A DNA stretch of 63,023 bases from Gemmatimonadota bacterium (GCA_040905425.1 JBBDRO010000100.1:1-63023), one strand, 5' to 3'; numbered from the stretch's first letter, positions 19,945 to 29,830 are shown. Notes: generated from the letters alone by a model not told the origin. Numbers and translations: made by a program.

Positions 19945-20427
19945 TCAGTTCTCGGCCTCGTGTAGCGCCGCCAGGAACGCGGCCGCGTCGGGCGCCGTGA
20001 GCAGCCGCTCGCGTACGTCGTCACGCCGCACCAGGCGTGAGATGCGGCTGAGTGCCCGGATGTGCGCGCCCGCCTCCGACTCCGGTCCGACCAGCAGGAA
20101 GAACAGGCTCACCGGACGGCCGTCCAGCGCGTCGAAGTCCACCGGATCAGAGGTGCGCCCCGCCGCGATGCGCAGCTCCGACAGCGCCGCGGACTTGCCG
20201 TGCGGAATGGCCACACCCTGCCCGATCCCCGTAGAGAGCACCGCCTCACGCTCCGCCACGGCACGCAGGATCTCCTCCCCCGAGACACCGTCGTCGGGGT
20301 TGATCACCACCTCCACGAGTTCACGCAGAAGCTGATCCTTGGAGGTGGCCTCCAGAGGAATCTTGATGCGATCGGCGCTGAGCAGTTCGGTCAGAAGCAA
20401 AGGCTGCGCGGTTCGGGGTGGTCCCAT
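19945..20427 (-). CDS. PTS IIA (Ntr/fructose type) domain protein
   Basis: REAVLSTGIGQGVAIPHGK, DFDALDGRPV, HIRALSRISR. Confidence 0.9.
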   Translation of the reverse strand: MGPPRTAQPLLLTELLSADRIKIPLEATSKDQLLRELVEVVINPDDGVSGEEILRAVAEREAVLSTGIGQGVAIPHGKSAALSELRIAAGRTSDPVDFDALDGRPVSLFFLLVGPESEAGAHIRALSRISRLVRRDDVRERLLTAPDAAAFLAALHEAEN

Positions 20428-20488
20428 GGCACGGAATCCGGTTAACTTAGCGGCGCCATTGACCCCTATCAAGCAGGCCGAAGGCCCC

Positions 20489-21379
20489 ATGCATCCAGCC
20501 ATACGTCGAGCCGCGGGCGCCGCGCTGCTGGCGCTCGGCGGTTCCGCGCCCCTAGCTGCGCAGGAAACGATCCACTGGCCCCTGCGCACCCACGCCGGGC
20601 CCTCGGCCATGGCCGAGGGCGCCGCGGCGCCGTTCTGGAACCCCGCGGGAATGGCAGCGCTCACCGGGCGGGGCGCGGCGCTGGTGGTGGACAGCCGCTC
20701 ACCGTCGGCCGTAGGGGTGAGCGGCCTGGCGCTGGGCGGTGCCTACGCGGTGCGGCCGGGTGCCTGGGTGGGCGTGGCCTTCCGCCACGTGGGCATCGAC
20801 GGCATCGACCGCACCACGGACTCACCCCTGCCGGACCCGGGTGGGGATGCGCTGGCCGCCGCCGAGGACCACTTCCACGTGGCCGCGGCGTGGGCCCCCA
20901 GGGTCGATGTGGCCGTGGGTGCATCGGTGCGCTACGCCCGCACGAGCGAACTGCTCGGTGGGGACAGCCAGGCCGGGGCACTGCTGGGCGCCCGCTGGAG
21001 CCCGACGCTGCCGCTGCGCCCGGTCCTGGGGGTGACCGCCGGGCTCGAGCGCAATGAAATGGCCTGGTCCGCCGCCGCCCGCGTGCGCGCGCCGCTGCCC
21101 GCCGCGCTGGCGGACTGGGCCGTGCACACCGAGTACGGCGTGCGCCACGCGCCCGCCATTGACGGCCAGGTGCAGCGCCTGCTGGCCACGGCCTCCTGGC
21201 TGGAGCGCGCCGCCCTCTCGATCGGAGCCGCCGGAGAGCCCGATAACGGGGGCACGGGCTGGCGCCTGGTGGCGGGCGGCTCGGTGAGCCTCGGCCGCTA
21301 CACGCTCGGCCTCGTACGCGAGGGCCTGGCCGGTGGCTTCGGCGCGGCGCACACCTTCCGCCTGAACGTGGACTTCTGA
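20489..21379 (+). CDS. outer-membrane beta-barrel protein, PorV-like
   Basis: Signal peptide, FWNPAGM motif, amphipathic beta strands, C-terminal Phe. Confidence 0.6.
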   Translation: MHPAIRRAAGAALLALGGSAPLAAQETIHWPLRTHAGPSAMAEGAAAPFWNPAGMAALTGRGAALVVDSRSPSAVGVSGLALGGAYAVRPGAWVGVAFRHVGIDGIDRTTDSPLPDPGGDALAAAEDHFHVAAAWAPRVDVAVGASVRYARTSELLGGDSQAGALLGARWSPTLPLRPVLGVTAGLERNEMAWSAAARVRAPLPAALADWAVHTEYGVRHAPAIDGQVQRLLATASWLERAALSIGAAGEPDNGGTGWRLVAGGSVSLGRYTLGLVREGLAGGFGAAHTFRLNVDF

Positions 21380-21387
21380 GGGATGGC

Positions 21388-22566
21388 ATGAGCGGTAGTG
21401 AGGGGACGGAGCCGGGTGCGGGCACGGGCACGACCGCGCGGAAGCGGCCGGCCGTGGACGAGCGCCCCGACCTCATCGGCCTCGAGCCGGAGAAGGCCCG
21501 CGCCGCAATCGCCGCCCATTTCGAGGCGCGCGGTGTGGGCAGCTACCGCGTGGGACAGGCGCTGGCGTGGATCCATGAGAAAGGCGCCGTCGCTTTCGAG
21601 GAGATGACGGACCTGCCGGCAACGGAGCGCGAGGCGCTGGCGGAATCCTTCCGCATCACGGACCTCGAGCCCGCCCGCGTGGAGGTCTCCACCGACGGCA
21701 CGGTGAAGCACCTCTGGCGTCTGGCCGACGGCGAGCTGGTGGAGTCGGTGCTCATCCCCGCCCCCGAGCGCCTCACACTCTGCGTCTCCTCCCAGGCCGG
21801 CTGCGCCATGGCGTGCGTCTTCTGCGCCACCGGCTGGTCGGGCTACCGCCGCCAGCTCGAGGCCGGCGAGATCGTGGCCCAGTACCGGGGCGCCCTCCGC
21901 CACGCCGAGCAGGCCGGCATGGGACCCATCACCAACATCGTCTTCATGGGCATGGGCGAGCCACTCATGAACCCGGCGGGCGTCTTCCCCGCCCTCTCCG
22001 TCCTGAACCACGGGCTGGGCTTCGGCGCGCGCCGCATCACCGTCTCCACCGTGGGCGTGGTGCCCGGCATCCTGGAGCTGGCCGAGCGTCCGGAGCAGTT
22101 CCGCCTGGCCGTCTCGCTGCACGCCCCCGATCACGAGCTGCGCACGCAGCTCATCCCGCTGGAAAAGAAGTACCCGCTGCCCGAGCTGCTCGACGCCCTG
22201 CGCGCCTTCGAGGCCGCCGGCGGCCGCCGCATCACCTTCGAGTACGTCATGATCGACGGCCTGAACGACGCCGACGAACACGCCCGCGGCCTGGCGCGCC
22301 TGGTGCGCGAGTTCCCGTCCCACGTGAACCTGATCCCCTACAACCCGATCCCGGGCCCCGAGTGGCGACCCTCGCCCGCGGGCCGTCTGCGCGCCTTCGC
22401 CGCAATCCTGGAGGAGGCGGGCGTCCCGGCCACCATCCGCGAGCCCCGCGGGGCGGACATCGCGGCGGCGTGCGGGCAGCTGCGCGCCGAGCACGCGGCT
22501 GTGCCGCCGAAACCTTATCTGTCGCTGGTGGGGTTGGAGGGGCTGCGCTCGGGGGAACGGCGTTAA
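21388..22566 (+). CDS. rlmN: 23S rRNA (A2503-C2) radical SAM methyltransferase
   Basis: CVSSQAGCAMACVFC, MGMGEP, DIAAACGQL. Confidence 0.96.
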   Translation: MSGSEGTEPGAGTGTTARKRPAVDERPDLIGLEPEKARAAIAAHFEARGVGSYRVGQALAWIHEKGAVAFEEMTDLPATEREALAESFRITDLEPARVEVSTDGTVKHLWRLADGELVESVLIPAPERLTLCVSSQAGCAMACVFCATGWSGYRRQLEAGEIVAQYRGALRHAEQAGMGPITNIVFMGMGEPLMNPAGVFPALSVLNHGLGFGARRITVSTVGVVPGILELAERPEQFRLAVSLHAPDHELRTQLIPLEKKYPLPELLDALRAFEAAGGRRITFEYVMIDGLNDADEHARGLARLVREFPSHVNLIPYNPIPGPEWRPSPAGRLRAFAAILEEAGVPATIREPRGADIAAACGQLRAEHAAVPPKPYLSLVGLEGLRSGERR

Positions 22567-22650
22567 GCGACGAGGCTCGATCCTCCTCCGGCGCCACAAT
22601 TCTCGTACATCGCACCGGGGCTTCGTGACGCCGGCTTCTCACCAGCCGGT

Positions 22651-22679
22651 TTGACGCTGCGCGAAGTGCGTTCTACTAT
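22651..22679 (+). promoter_or_regulatory. sigma70-type promoter
   Basis: TTGACG-17 nt-TACTAT upstream of the GGAGG RBS and ATG at 22734. Confidence 0.6.
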
Positions 22680-22733
22680 CTCCGTAGTTGCTGCTCTGGG
22701 ATCCGCGTGCTGCACCTGATCGGAGGAGGCTCC

Positions 22734-23663
22734 ATGCGCGCTGACCGTGCATTGCTCCTGGTGGCGCTGGCCCTGCCCGGCTGCGGCGGCGCCGGGGATG
22801 AGGAGCGCGACTCAGCCCCCGTCGAGCCGATCCTGGCACTGGACACCATCCGCAACATCGAGAGCGAGCGGCTGTGGCGGGTGCGCACCGCGCGACCGGG
22901 CCCCGCTGGCAGCACCGTGGTCCTGAACGGCGGCTCGTTCGAGGTCTTTGTCTTCGATTCCGCGGGGCGCCTCGCGCAGGCGTTCGGCGGCGAGGGCCAG
23001 GGCCCGGGCGAGTTCGGCTCGCCGCGGGACATCCACGTGCGCGGCGACTCGATCTATGTGATCGACACCTCGCCCTTCTCTCGGCGCCTGTCCCTCTTCG
23101 TGGATGGCACGCTCACGCGTGATTGGTCGCTCGGCCATGTCCCGGGCATCTTTGCAAGGATAGCTGTCCGGGGTGACGGCACCCCGATCCTGGCCGGGGC
23201 CGGGGAGCGGAATGCCCTGCCGGCGGGCATTCCTGCCGCCCCGGTCTTCTACCGCGACAGCATCGCGATGATGGCCCTGCCGGAGGCCGCGGAGCTGGCG
23301 CAGTGGGAGGAGGCGGTCGAAGCGCAGGCGCAGCGCGTGCAGTTTCCCGATAGGGGTCGGGCATCGGCCCAGGTGGGGATCGACCGCTGGGGCGGCAGCA
23401 TTCCCCGGCCGATCTTCGAAGACCTGATCAGCGACGACGCGCTAACCGCCGTCCAGCGCTACGAATTCGGCCCCACCCACCCCACCGACTGGCTCGTCCT
23501 CGACGCCGCCGGCGATTCGGTGGGCGGCTGGCAACTACCCGCGCACATCCGGCTGCTCTCGCTGGAGGGGGATCGTGTCCTGGCGCTCGCCCGCGATTCG
23601 CTGGACGTGGAGTCCATCATCGTGTTCGGGATCGTGGCGCGGGCGCGCATCACCCGTCCATGA
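22734..23663 (+). CDS. lipoprotein, 6-bladed beta-propeller family
   Basis: Lipobox LPGC; FGGEGQGPGEF motif; C-terminal RDSLDVESI. Confidence 0.75.
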   Translation: MRADRALLLVALALPGCGGAGDEERDSAPVEPILALDTIRNIESERLWRVRTARPGPAGSTVVLNGGSFEVFVFDSAGRLAQAFGGEGQGPGEFGSPRDIHVRGDSIYVIDTSPFSRRLSLFVDGTLTRDWSLGHVPGIFARIAVRGDGTPILAGAGERNALPAGIPAAPVFYRDSIAMMALPEAAELAQWEEAVEAQAQRVQFPDRGRASAQVGIDRWGGSIPRPIFEDLISDDALTAVQRYEFGPTHPTDWLVLDAAGDSVGGWQLPAHIRLLSLEGDRVLALARDSLDVESIIVFGIVARARITRP

Positions 23664-24327
23664 AGAAGCCTGTCGGCCAGTCCACGAAGCGCCAGCCCTC
23701 TGCGGTGCGCCGCATGCGCGCGATGCCGAACTTGCCGATGCGGCGGATGAACAGCAGCGCCGTCTGGCCATCCTGACTGAAGCCCACCCTGCTCAGGCGG
23801 ACGAGCGCAACGGCGTCGGGGTAGCCCCGGTAGGCGCCAGTTCTGCCGCGGCCCACGAAAATGGCCGCCACCTCGCCTGCCGTCAGGGCCACCTGACGCG
23901 GCAGGCCCGGCACTCGCGGCTCCAACGTGTAGGGGCGGGCGTTACGCGCCAGGTACTCCGCCCGGGCCGCGGGGTCCACTTCGTTGCTCGCGATGAGTTG
24001 CGAATCCGCAATGGCCACCCAGGGCTCCGGCTGCGCGACCAGGAACGTGCCGGTGGGCATGCGGCCGTCCCTGTCGGCGTACAACTCCCTCAGCAACGCG
24101 CCGTAGACCTCGTACTCCGCGGTCGTGACGGTGTCCGGGCCCGCGGCACCCGCCGACGCGCTGGCCGGGCCTGCCCCTCCCGCCGACGCGCTGGCCGGGC
24201 CATGGGCGCCGCACCCGCCGGTCATGCCAAATGCTCCGGCGAGCGCGGCCGCCACCGTGAAGCGGGCGGTCCCCGTGCGGGTAGCGCGGGCTCGGGTACC
24301 GGCGGGGGGACGTCGCTTGCAGGACAT
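23650..24327 (-). CDS. hypothetical exported or lipoprotein
   Basis: Protein-like C-terminal part of ORF 23650-25800 (YEVYGALL...LSRVGFSQDGQTAL), with a 30-bp duplication encoding GPASASAG. Confidence 0.55.
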   Translation of the reverse strand: MSCKRRPPAGTRARATRTGTARFTVAAALAGAFGMTGGCGAHGPASASAGGAGPASASAGAAGPDTVTTAEYEVYGALLRELYADRDGRMPTGTFLVAQPEPWVAIADSQLIASNEVDPAARAEYLARNARPYTLEPRVPGLPRQVALTAGEVAAIFVGRGRTGAYRGYPDAVALVRLSRVGFSQDGQTALLFIRRIGKFGIARMRRTAEGWRFVDWPTGFFMDG

Positions 24328-24690
24328 GGGGCGGCCTTTTGAGGCGCGGTCGTGCGTCGGCGTTTCTTGCAGAGGTAACGAATGGCGTTGGCCGCGGGTG
24401 ACGCGGGGGCGGGGCGGTGCCCTACAGGGATGGGCCCCCGACGATGCAGGCCGAGTGTCCCAAATTGCCCATTGACAGCTTTTTACGTGCCAAATCGCGC
24501 CTCTGCCGCACCCCTGTGAAATCCACTCGTGGAGCGGCCCCGGAGGCCACTCCGCGGCCATCGCTAGGTTGCGGATGCTGTCGAGCTTCGCATGCCCGGC
24601 CGTGGGCCATCTGCGCCCCTTCCAGAGCCCCGAAAATACCCCCCTTATATTACAGGAAGTGATTGCGACCACGGCGGATAGGAAGGGTTC

Positions 24691-26646
24691 ATGGGTGGGC
24701 GAGCGCGGGACTTCACGTATGGCCACGCGGGCGGCTCCGGTGCGTGGCATGGCGGGGCGGTGGTGCGGGAGCGGAAGGTGGGATTGCCAGGCGAGGTGGA
24801 CGGCACGGCGGACCCGGTCACGGAGCAGGTGGAGGCCGATGCAGCGAACGGGCACGTGCGGGCGGACGGCCGCGGTTCCGCGGAACCGTCCGAGCTCGAT
24901 TCGGCGCACGGTTCCAGTACGGAGACATCCCGCGGTTCCGCGGAACCGTCCGCGCCCGATTCCGAGCTGACGCCCGGTTCCGAGCGCGGTGCCGATCCCG
25001 CTGCCGGCGCGGCGCCGGACCCGGATGCCGAGGCGGAGTCCCTCGAGGAGCTCGGCAACCAGATCGCCACCATCGCGGCCGGGATCCACGCCGCAGAGTA
25101 CCAGCTGTTGGTCCGACTGGAGGAGTTCGATCGCCGCGGCGGCTGGCAGCTCACCGGCCACCGCTCCTGCGCCGCCTGGCTGGCGCATCGCGCCGGCAAG
25201 GACGAGGGCGCCTGCCGCCAGCGTGTGCGCGCGGCCCGTGTGCTTGTGACGCTGCCGCTGACCAGCGCGGCCATGGAGCGGGGTGAGCTGAGCTTCACGA
25301 AGGTACGAGCCCTCACGCGTCTGGCCACGCCGGAAACGGAGGCGGCCATCCTGGAGTACGCGCTCTCGGTCAGCGCCAAGAAGCTGGAGGCGTTCGTGCG
25401 GGACGCGCGCCTGTACGGCCATGTGGACGCGCGGGAGTATGCCCGCCGGCAGTGGGAGGCGCGCGAGTTCGTGGCGTGGGTGGACGAACACGGTATGGTC
25501 CAGTTCCGCGGCCGCATGCCGGCGGTCGACGGCCTGCCGGTGATGCGCGTCCTGCAGGGCTTCGGGCTGGCGGTCCATCAGGGGGCTGAGGACGGCCGCA
25601 CGGACCGGCAGCGGCGGGCTGACGCTTTTCTCATGGTGGCGGAGCAGGCGCGGGTGGCGGGCACCGGAGACCTGAAGACGGACGTGCGGGTGGGGCTGGG
25701 GGCGGCGGTGGAGGAGGATAGCGGGGACGTGGAGGGCGAGCCGAACTTGGCGGCCGAGCCAGGAGACGGCTCCCGCGGTTCCGCGGAACCGGATGGGCAC
25801 GGTTCCGATCGCGGTTCCGACACGGTTCTCCGCGGTTCCGATGACAGTTCCGCGGAACCGACTCCCGCCGGAGATGTCCAGAATTCAGACGAATCCCGCG
25901 GTTCCGCGGAACCGGATGGGCTCGGTTCCGATGCGGTTCTCCACGGTTCCGATCACGGTTCCGCGGAACCGAGTGACCACGGTTCCGATCCGGTTCTCCG
26001 CGGTTCCGCGGAACCGCGCCGCGCCCCCATCAGCCCGCGCGCCGAGCGCTATCTGGTCATGCTGAACGTGGAGCCGCAGGCGCTCGTGGCGGGGGAGCAG
26101 GCCGAGCGCTGCCACCTGGATGACGGCACGCGCGTGACGGGGGAGTCCGCCCGCCGCCTCACCTGCGACTGCGGCAGGGTCGAGGTCACGCGCTGCGCGC
26201 ACGGCTCCGTCCTGGACGTGGGCAGGAAGACGCGCCAGATCAGCACGCCCATGCGGCGGGCGCTGGATGCGCGCGACGGCGGCTGCCGCTTCCCGGGCTG
26301 CGGGCTGCGCTTCACGAAGGGGCACCACATCCTGCACTGGGGTGACGGCGGCCCCACCAAGCTGGACAACCTGGTGCTCCTCTGCCACCACCATCACACG
26401 CTGGTCCACGAGGGCGGCTTCAGCATGGACATGCCGCAGCCGGGGCGGCCGAACTTCTACGACCGAAAAGGCCGGCCGGTGCCGGAGACGCCGCCACCGC
26501 TAGAGGTGACGGAGGCGCTGGAGGCGCTGCATCGCCGCCGCGGCATCAAGCCCGGCCCTTACACGAGCGCGCCCCGCTACGCCCGGGACGGTCAGGTGCC
26601 GTGGGCCATCGAGGCGGCGGCCATGGAGGCGGCGGACCCGGCGTGA
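24691..26646 (+). CDS. DUF222 domain + HNH endonuclease protein (13E12-repeat-like, probably mobile); start uncertain
   Basis: GHRSCAAWL, GELSFTKVRALTR, ARRLTCD, LDVGRKTR, RDGGCRFPGC...HHILHW..GG.T.LDNLVLLCHHHH. Confidence 0.9.
   Translation: MGGRARDFTYGHAGGSGAWHGGAVVRERKVGLPGEVDGTADPVTEQVEADAANGHVRADGRGSAEPSELDSAHGSSTETSRGSAEPSAPDSELTPGSERGADPAAGAAPDPDAEAESLEELGNQIATIAAGIHAAEYQLLVRLEEFDRRGGWQLTGHRSCAAWLAHRAGKDEGACRQRVRAARVLVTLPLTSAAMERGELSFTKVRALTRLATPETEAAILEYALSVSAKKLEAFVRDARLYGHVDAREYARRQWEAREFVAWVDEHGMVQFRGRMPAVDGLPVMRVLQGFGLAVHQGAEDGRTDRQRRADAFLMVAEQARVAGTGDLKTDVRVGLGAAVEEDSGDVEGEPNLAAEPGDGSRGSAEPDGHGSDRGSDTVLRGSDDSSAEPTPAGDVQNSDESRGSAEPDGLGSDAVLHGSDHGSAEPSDHGSDPVLRGSAEPRRAPISPRAERYLVMLNVEPQALVAGEQAERCHLDDGTRVTGESARRLTCDCGRVEVTRCAHGSVLDVGRKTRQISTPMRRALDARDGGCRFPGCGLRFTKGHHILHWGDGGPTKLDNLVLLCHHHHTLVHEGGFSMDMPQPGRPNFYDRKGRPVPETPPPLEVTEALEALHRRRGIKPGPYTSAPRYARDGQVPWAIEAAAMEAADPA
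24873..24990. repeat. palindrome cluster 1 (CGGTTCCGCGGAACCG x2 plus half-sites)
   Basis: Perfect copies at 24873 and 24933; CGGTTCC half-sites at 24909 and 24975. Confidence 0.9.
25776..26018. repeat. palindrome cluster 2 (4 perfect copies, 1 single-mismatch copy, many CGGTTC half-sites)
   Basis: Perfect copies at 25776, 25899, 25956 and 26001; CAGTTCCGCGGAACCG at 25845. Confidence 0.9.
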
Positions 26647-26677
26647 GCCTGAGCCCGCGCCCGCTACGCGGCGGCGC

Positions 26678-27184
26678 CTACCTGAACCACGCCCGCAGCC
26701 GCGCCCGCCAGCCGGTCTCCGGCGCGGCAACCTCGGGCGGCGGCCAGTCGGGGCCTACCAGCACCGTGGCGTCCAGCAGGAGCGTGCTGTCGGGGCGGGT
26801 CTCCACGCTGGGGATGCCCAGGCGGGCGGCGGCGGCGCGGGCCACGTCCTCGGCGCCCTCCACCCGGGCCAGGACCACCGAACGCTCCACGCGGGAGCTG
26901 GCGTTGCCGTAGAAGACCACGTCGAAGCCGCCGCTCCGCAGGCGCTCGGTGGCGCGGCGGGCAGCGCCCTCCTGACCGGCCGCGTTCAGCACCTCGATGC
27001 GGCCCCGTGGCGCCGCGAGGCCTCCGGTCCCGGAGGGTGACGCGGCCGCGGAGTCCGTGGGCACGGCGCCGGCGGTGGCGGAGGCATCGTCGCTTATGAG
27101 ACCGAGCACGAAGGAGCCCACGAAGAGGACCACGGCCAGGAGCGCCGCGGCCAGGAGGACGGTCTCAGTGCGTGGCCGCGCCAT
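26678..27184 (-). CDS. LytR C-terminal domain protein
   Basis: N-terminal TM, IEVLNAAGQEGAA, GFDVVFYGNA, DATVLVGPDW. Confidence 0.85.
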   Translation of the reverse strand: MARPRTETVLLAAALLAVVLFVGSFVLGLISDDASATAGAVPTDSAAASPSGTGGLAAPRGRIEVLNAAGQEGAARRATERLRSGGFDVVFYGNASSRVERSVVLARVEGAEDVARAAAARLGIPSVETRPDSTLLLDATVLVGPDWPPPEVAAPETGWRARLRAWFR

Positions 27185-27761
27185 GCTCCTCCTCGAGGAT
27201 GCGCCGGTGGAAGGCGCGCGTTTCCGGGAGGATAGGGTGGCCCTTCTCGCGCAGCCACGCCAGGTGCTCCGCCACCAGGTCACGCAGCACGCCGTCGAAG
27301 TCGGCCGGCATGCGGGCGCGCAGGGCGGCGCGGTGCTCGGCGTGCACTTTACGGCCGGGCTCCAGGTAGTCGGCCATGAAGAGCGCCCGGCCCAGGCGGT
27401 CCAGCTCCGGGTGGCCCACGGTGTGGAAGGTGATGCCGCGCAGGACGGGCTCATCGTCCACGCCGTCCTCGGCCAGGCGCACGGCGGCGGCGGGACCGTG
27501 CAGGAGACCGGCCTCCCAGGCCGCACACGCGGGCGGCACGATCGGCCGGAGGGTGGCTGGATCGGCGTCCCGGAGCGCGTCGTGGAGGATGCCGGTGGCC
27601 CGCCAGCGCGCGCGGTCCAGGGGGTCGAGCTCCAGCGCGCCGGCCCATGCGCTCAGGAGGTCGGCCACGCGCTCCACGTGGGCCCGCCGCTTCTCGGACA
27701 TCTCGGCCCACGCGGGCAGCTGCCCCCGGGCCGCGGCCTCAAGCACGGAGGCGGGGTTCAT
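27165..27761 (-). CDS. HD-domain hydrolase, YqeK-like
   Basis: H...HD...LHG...HT...ADYLEPGR pattern. Confidence 0.8.
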   Translation of the reverse strand: MNPASVLEAAARGQLPAWAEMSEKRRAHVERVADLLSAWAGALELDPLDRARWRATGILHDALRDADPATLRPIVPPACAAWEAGLLHGPAAAVRLAEDGVDDEPVLRGITFHTVGHPELDRLGRALFMADYLEPGRKVHAEHRAALRARMPADFDGVLRDLVAEHLAWLREKGHPILPETRAFHRRILEEEHGAATH

Positions 27762-28110
27762 CCCGGCGGATGCGGTTGTGCTCGTCCACGTGGACGAAGG
27801 TGGGCCGCCAGTCCTCCAGCTCCGCCTCCTCGTAGGTGGCGTAGGAGATGATGATCACCAGGTCACCGGGCTGGACCAGACGGGCCGCGGCGCCGTTCAC
27901 GATCACCTCCCCGGAGCCGCGCTGGCCGGGAATGGTGTACGTCTCGAACCGGCTGCCGTTGTTCACGTCCACCACGTGGACCTGCTCGTACATGCGGATG
28001 TCGGCCGCGTCGAGCAGCTCGGGGTCCACCGTGATGGAACCCTCGTAGTTCAGCTCCGCGTCCGTGACCACCGCCCGGTGGATCTTGGACTTGCACATGG
28101 TACGCTTCAT
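27739..28110 (-). CDS. panD: aspartate 1-decarboxylase
   Basis: [15 protein letters not shown] self-cleavage site, NGAAARL. Confidence 0.97.
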   Translation of the reverse strand: MKRTMCKSKIHRAVVTDAELNYEGSITVDPELLDAADIRMYEQVHVVDVNNGSRFETYTIPGQRGSGEVIVNGAAARLVQPGDLVIIISYATYEEAELEDWRPTFVHVDEHNRIRRDEPRLRA

Positions 28111-28115
28111 GGCAT

Positions 28116-29003
28116 CTACTCCGCGGCGGGCACGGCCGCGTCCCGCGGCGGCACGTCCCGACCCAGAATCCAGTTGTCGATGAGCCGCGTTCGCCCCACA
28201 TGGGCGGCCACCGCGAGCAGGGTGCCCGGCTCCGCGTGGGGTACCCTGGCCAGCGTATGGGGATCCACCGCCTCCACGTACTGGGGGAGAATGCCCCCGA
28301 CGTCTTCGAGGACGCCCGCGACGGCGGCTTCCAGGGCCAGGCTGGAGCGCTCTCCGGCCGTGAAGGCACGGTGCGCCGCGAGCAGGCCCTGGAAGAGCGC
28401 CGTGGCCCGCCGCCGCTCCTCGTCGGACAGATAGGCGTTGCGCGAACTCATGGCCAGGCCGTCCGCCTCCCGCACGATGGGCGCGGTGCGCACGTCCACG
28501 GGGAAATCCAGGTCGGCGGCCATGCGGCGGATGAGGAGCGCCTGCTGGGCGTCCTTGCGGCCGAAGATGGCCACGTCGGGCGCCACGATATGGAACAGCT
28601 TGGCCACCACGGTGAGGACGCCGGCGAAGTGGCCCGGACGGTGGGCGCCGCAGAGCCGCGTTTCGAGCTCCGGGGCGCTCACCCGTACCGCCGCGGGCCC
28701 CTGCGGATACATGATCTCCGTGGAGGGCGCGAAGAGGATGGCCACGCCCCGCTCCGCGGCCAGTGCGGCGTCCCGTTCCTCGTCCCGGGGATAGGCCTCG
28801 AAGTCCTCACCGGGACCGAACTGGAGGGGATTCACGTAGAGGGACATGACCACGCAGTCCGCGGCCTCGCGCGCCCGGTCGCAGAGGGAAAGATGGCCCT
28901 CGTGGAGGTAGCCCATGGTGGGGACGAGCGCCACGCTGCGCCCCTTAGCCCGTGGCAGGGTGAGCGCCGCGCGCAGTTCCTGGCGCGTGCCGGCGCGGAT
29001 CAC
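28116..29003 (-). CDS. panC: pantoate--beta-alanine ligase
   Basis: [29 protein letters not shown]. Confidence 0.97.
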   Translation of the reverse strand: MIRAGTRQELRAALTLPRAKGRSVALVPTMGYLHEGHLSLCDRAREAADCVVMSLYVNPLQFGPGEDFEAYPRDEERDAALAAERGVAILFAPSTEIMYPQGPAAVRVSAPELETRLCGAHRPGHFAGVLTVVAKLFHIVAPDVAIFGRKDAQQALLIRRMAADLDFPVDVRTAPIVREADGLAMSSRNAYLSDEERRRATALFQGLLAAHRAFTAGERSSLALEAAVAGVLEDVGGILPQYVEAVDPHTLARVPHAEPGTLLAVAAHVGRTRLIDNWILGRDVPPRDAAVPAAE

Positions 29004-29830
29004 TACCCGGTAGTGTGCTCGGGACCTGGATACTGGCCCGCGCGCACGGCGGCGGCGTAGTCGGAGAGCGCCTGGCGGGCCGCCTCTCCCAGTTCTCCGA
29101 AGCGGCGCAGGAAGCGCGGCTGGAAGCCCTCGTTCAGCCCCAGCATATCGGGCAGGACCAGCACCTGCCCGTCCGTCTCCGGGCCCGCGCCGATGCCGAT
29201 TGTGGGGATGGAGAGCGCGCGGCTGATCTCACCCGCCAGCGGCCCCGGCACCAGCTCGAGGACCACCGAGAAGGCGCCCGCCGCTTCCAGCCGCGCCGCG
29301 TCCTCGCGCAGCCGGTCCGCCGCCTCGGTCTCGCGCCCCTGCACGCGGTAGCCGCCCAGGGCATGCACCGATTGGGGCGTGAGCCCCACGTGCCCCATCA
29401 CCGGAATGCCCGCGCGCACCAGGGCGCGCACGTGCAGGACCGCGTGCTTGTCCCCGCCCTCCAGCTTCACACCCTCGGCGCCCGTCTCCTTGAGCAGGCG
29501 GCCGGCGTTGCGCAGCGTTTCCTCGGGAGAGACCTGGAAGGTCATGAAGGGCATGTCCACCACCACCATGGCCCGGCGCACGCCGCGGCGCACGGCGCGG
29601 CCGTGATAGATCATGTCCTCGAGCGTGACGGGGAGGGTGGAGTCGTGGCCCGCCACCACCTGACCGGCGGAATCACCCACCAGCACGATGTCCATGCCAG
29701 CCTCGTCGACCAGGCGGGCGAAGAGGACGTCGTAGGCGGTCAGGACGGCGATCTTCTCGCCGGCCACCTTCATCTCCAGGAGGCGGCGCACGGTCACGCG
29801 CCGCTCGGACCTGGCGGGTGTGCTGCTCAT
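29003..29830 (-). CDS. panB: 3-methyl-2-oxobutanoate hydroxymethyltransferase
   Basis: LTAYD, LVGDS, VKLEGG, GHVGLTPQ. Confidence 0.97.
   Translation of the reverse strand: MSSTPARSERRVTVRRLLEMKVAGEKIAVLTAYDVLFARLVDEAGMDIVLVGDSAGQVVAGHDSTLPVTLEDMIYHGRAVRRGVRRAMVVVDMPFMTFQVSPEETLRNAGRLLKETGAEGVKLEGGDKHAVLHVRALVRAGIPVMGHVGLTPQSVHALGGYRVQGRETEAADRLREDAARLEAAGAFSVVLELVPGPLAGEISRALSIPTIGIGAGPETDGQVLVLPDMLGLNEGFQPRFLRRFGELGEAARQALSDYAAAVRAGQYPGPEHTTG

Noticed and set aside
22572..22598. tRNA 3'-end-like fragment (GAGGCTCGATCCTC...GCGCCA) as an att site
   Set aside because: Stem and loop do not fit a T-arm (4-bp stem, 6-nt loop, no TTCG), and there is no partner repeat or integrase
24600..24690. 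LexA box upstream of the HNH gene
   Set aside because: Only one CCGAA half-site (about 24630), with no partner at 11-bp spacing
23650..25800. 716-aa minus-strand ORF as one gene
   Set aside because: Its first ~490 aa is the antisense shadow of the HNH gene and spacer; only 23650-24327 looks protein-like
24873..26018. Palindrome clusters as a CRISPR array
   Set aside because: Repeats are only 16 bp, spacing is irregular (45-69 bp), spacers resemble each other, all lie in an open coding frame, and no cas genes are present
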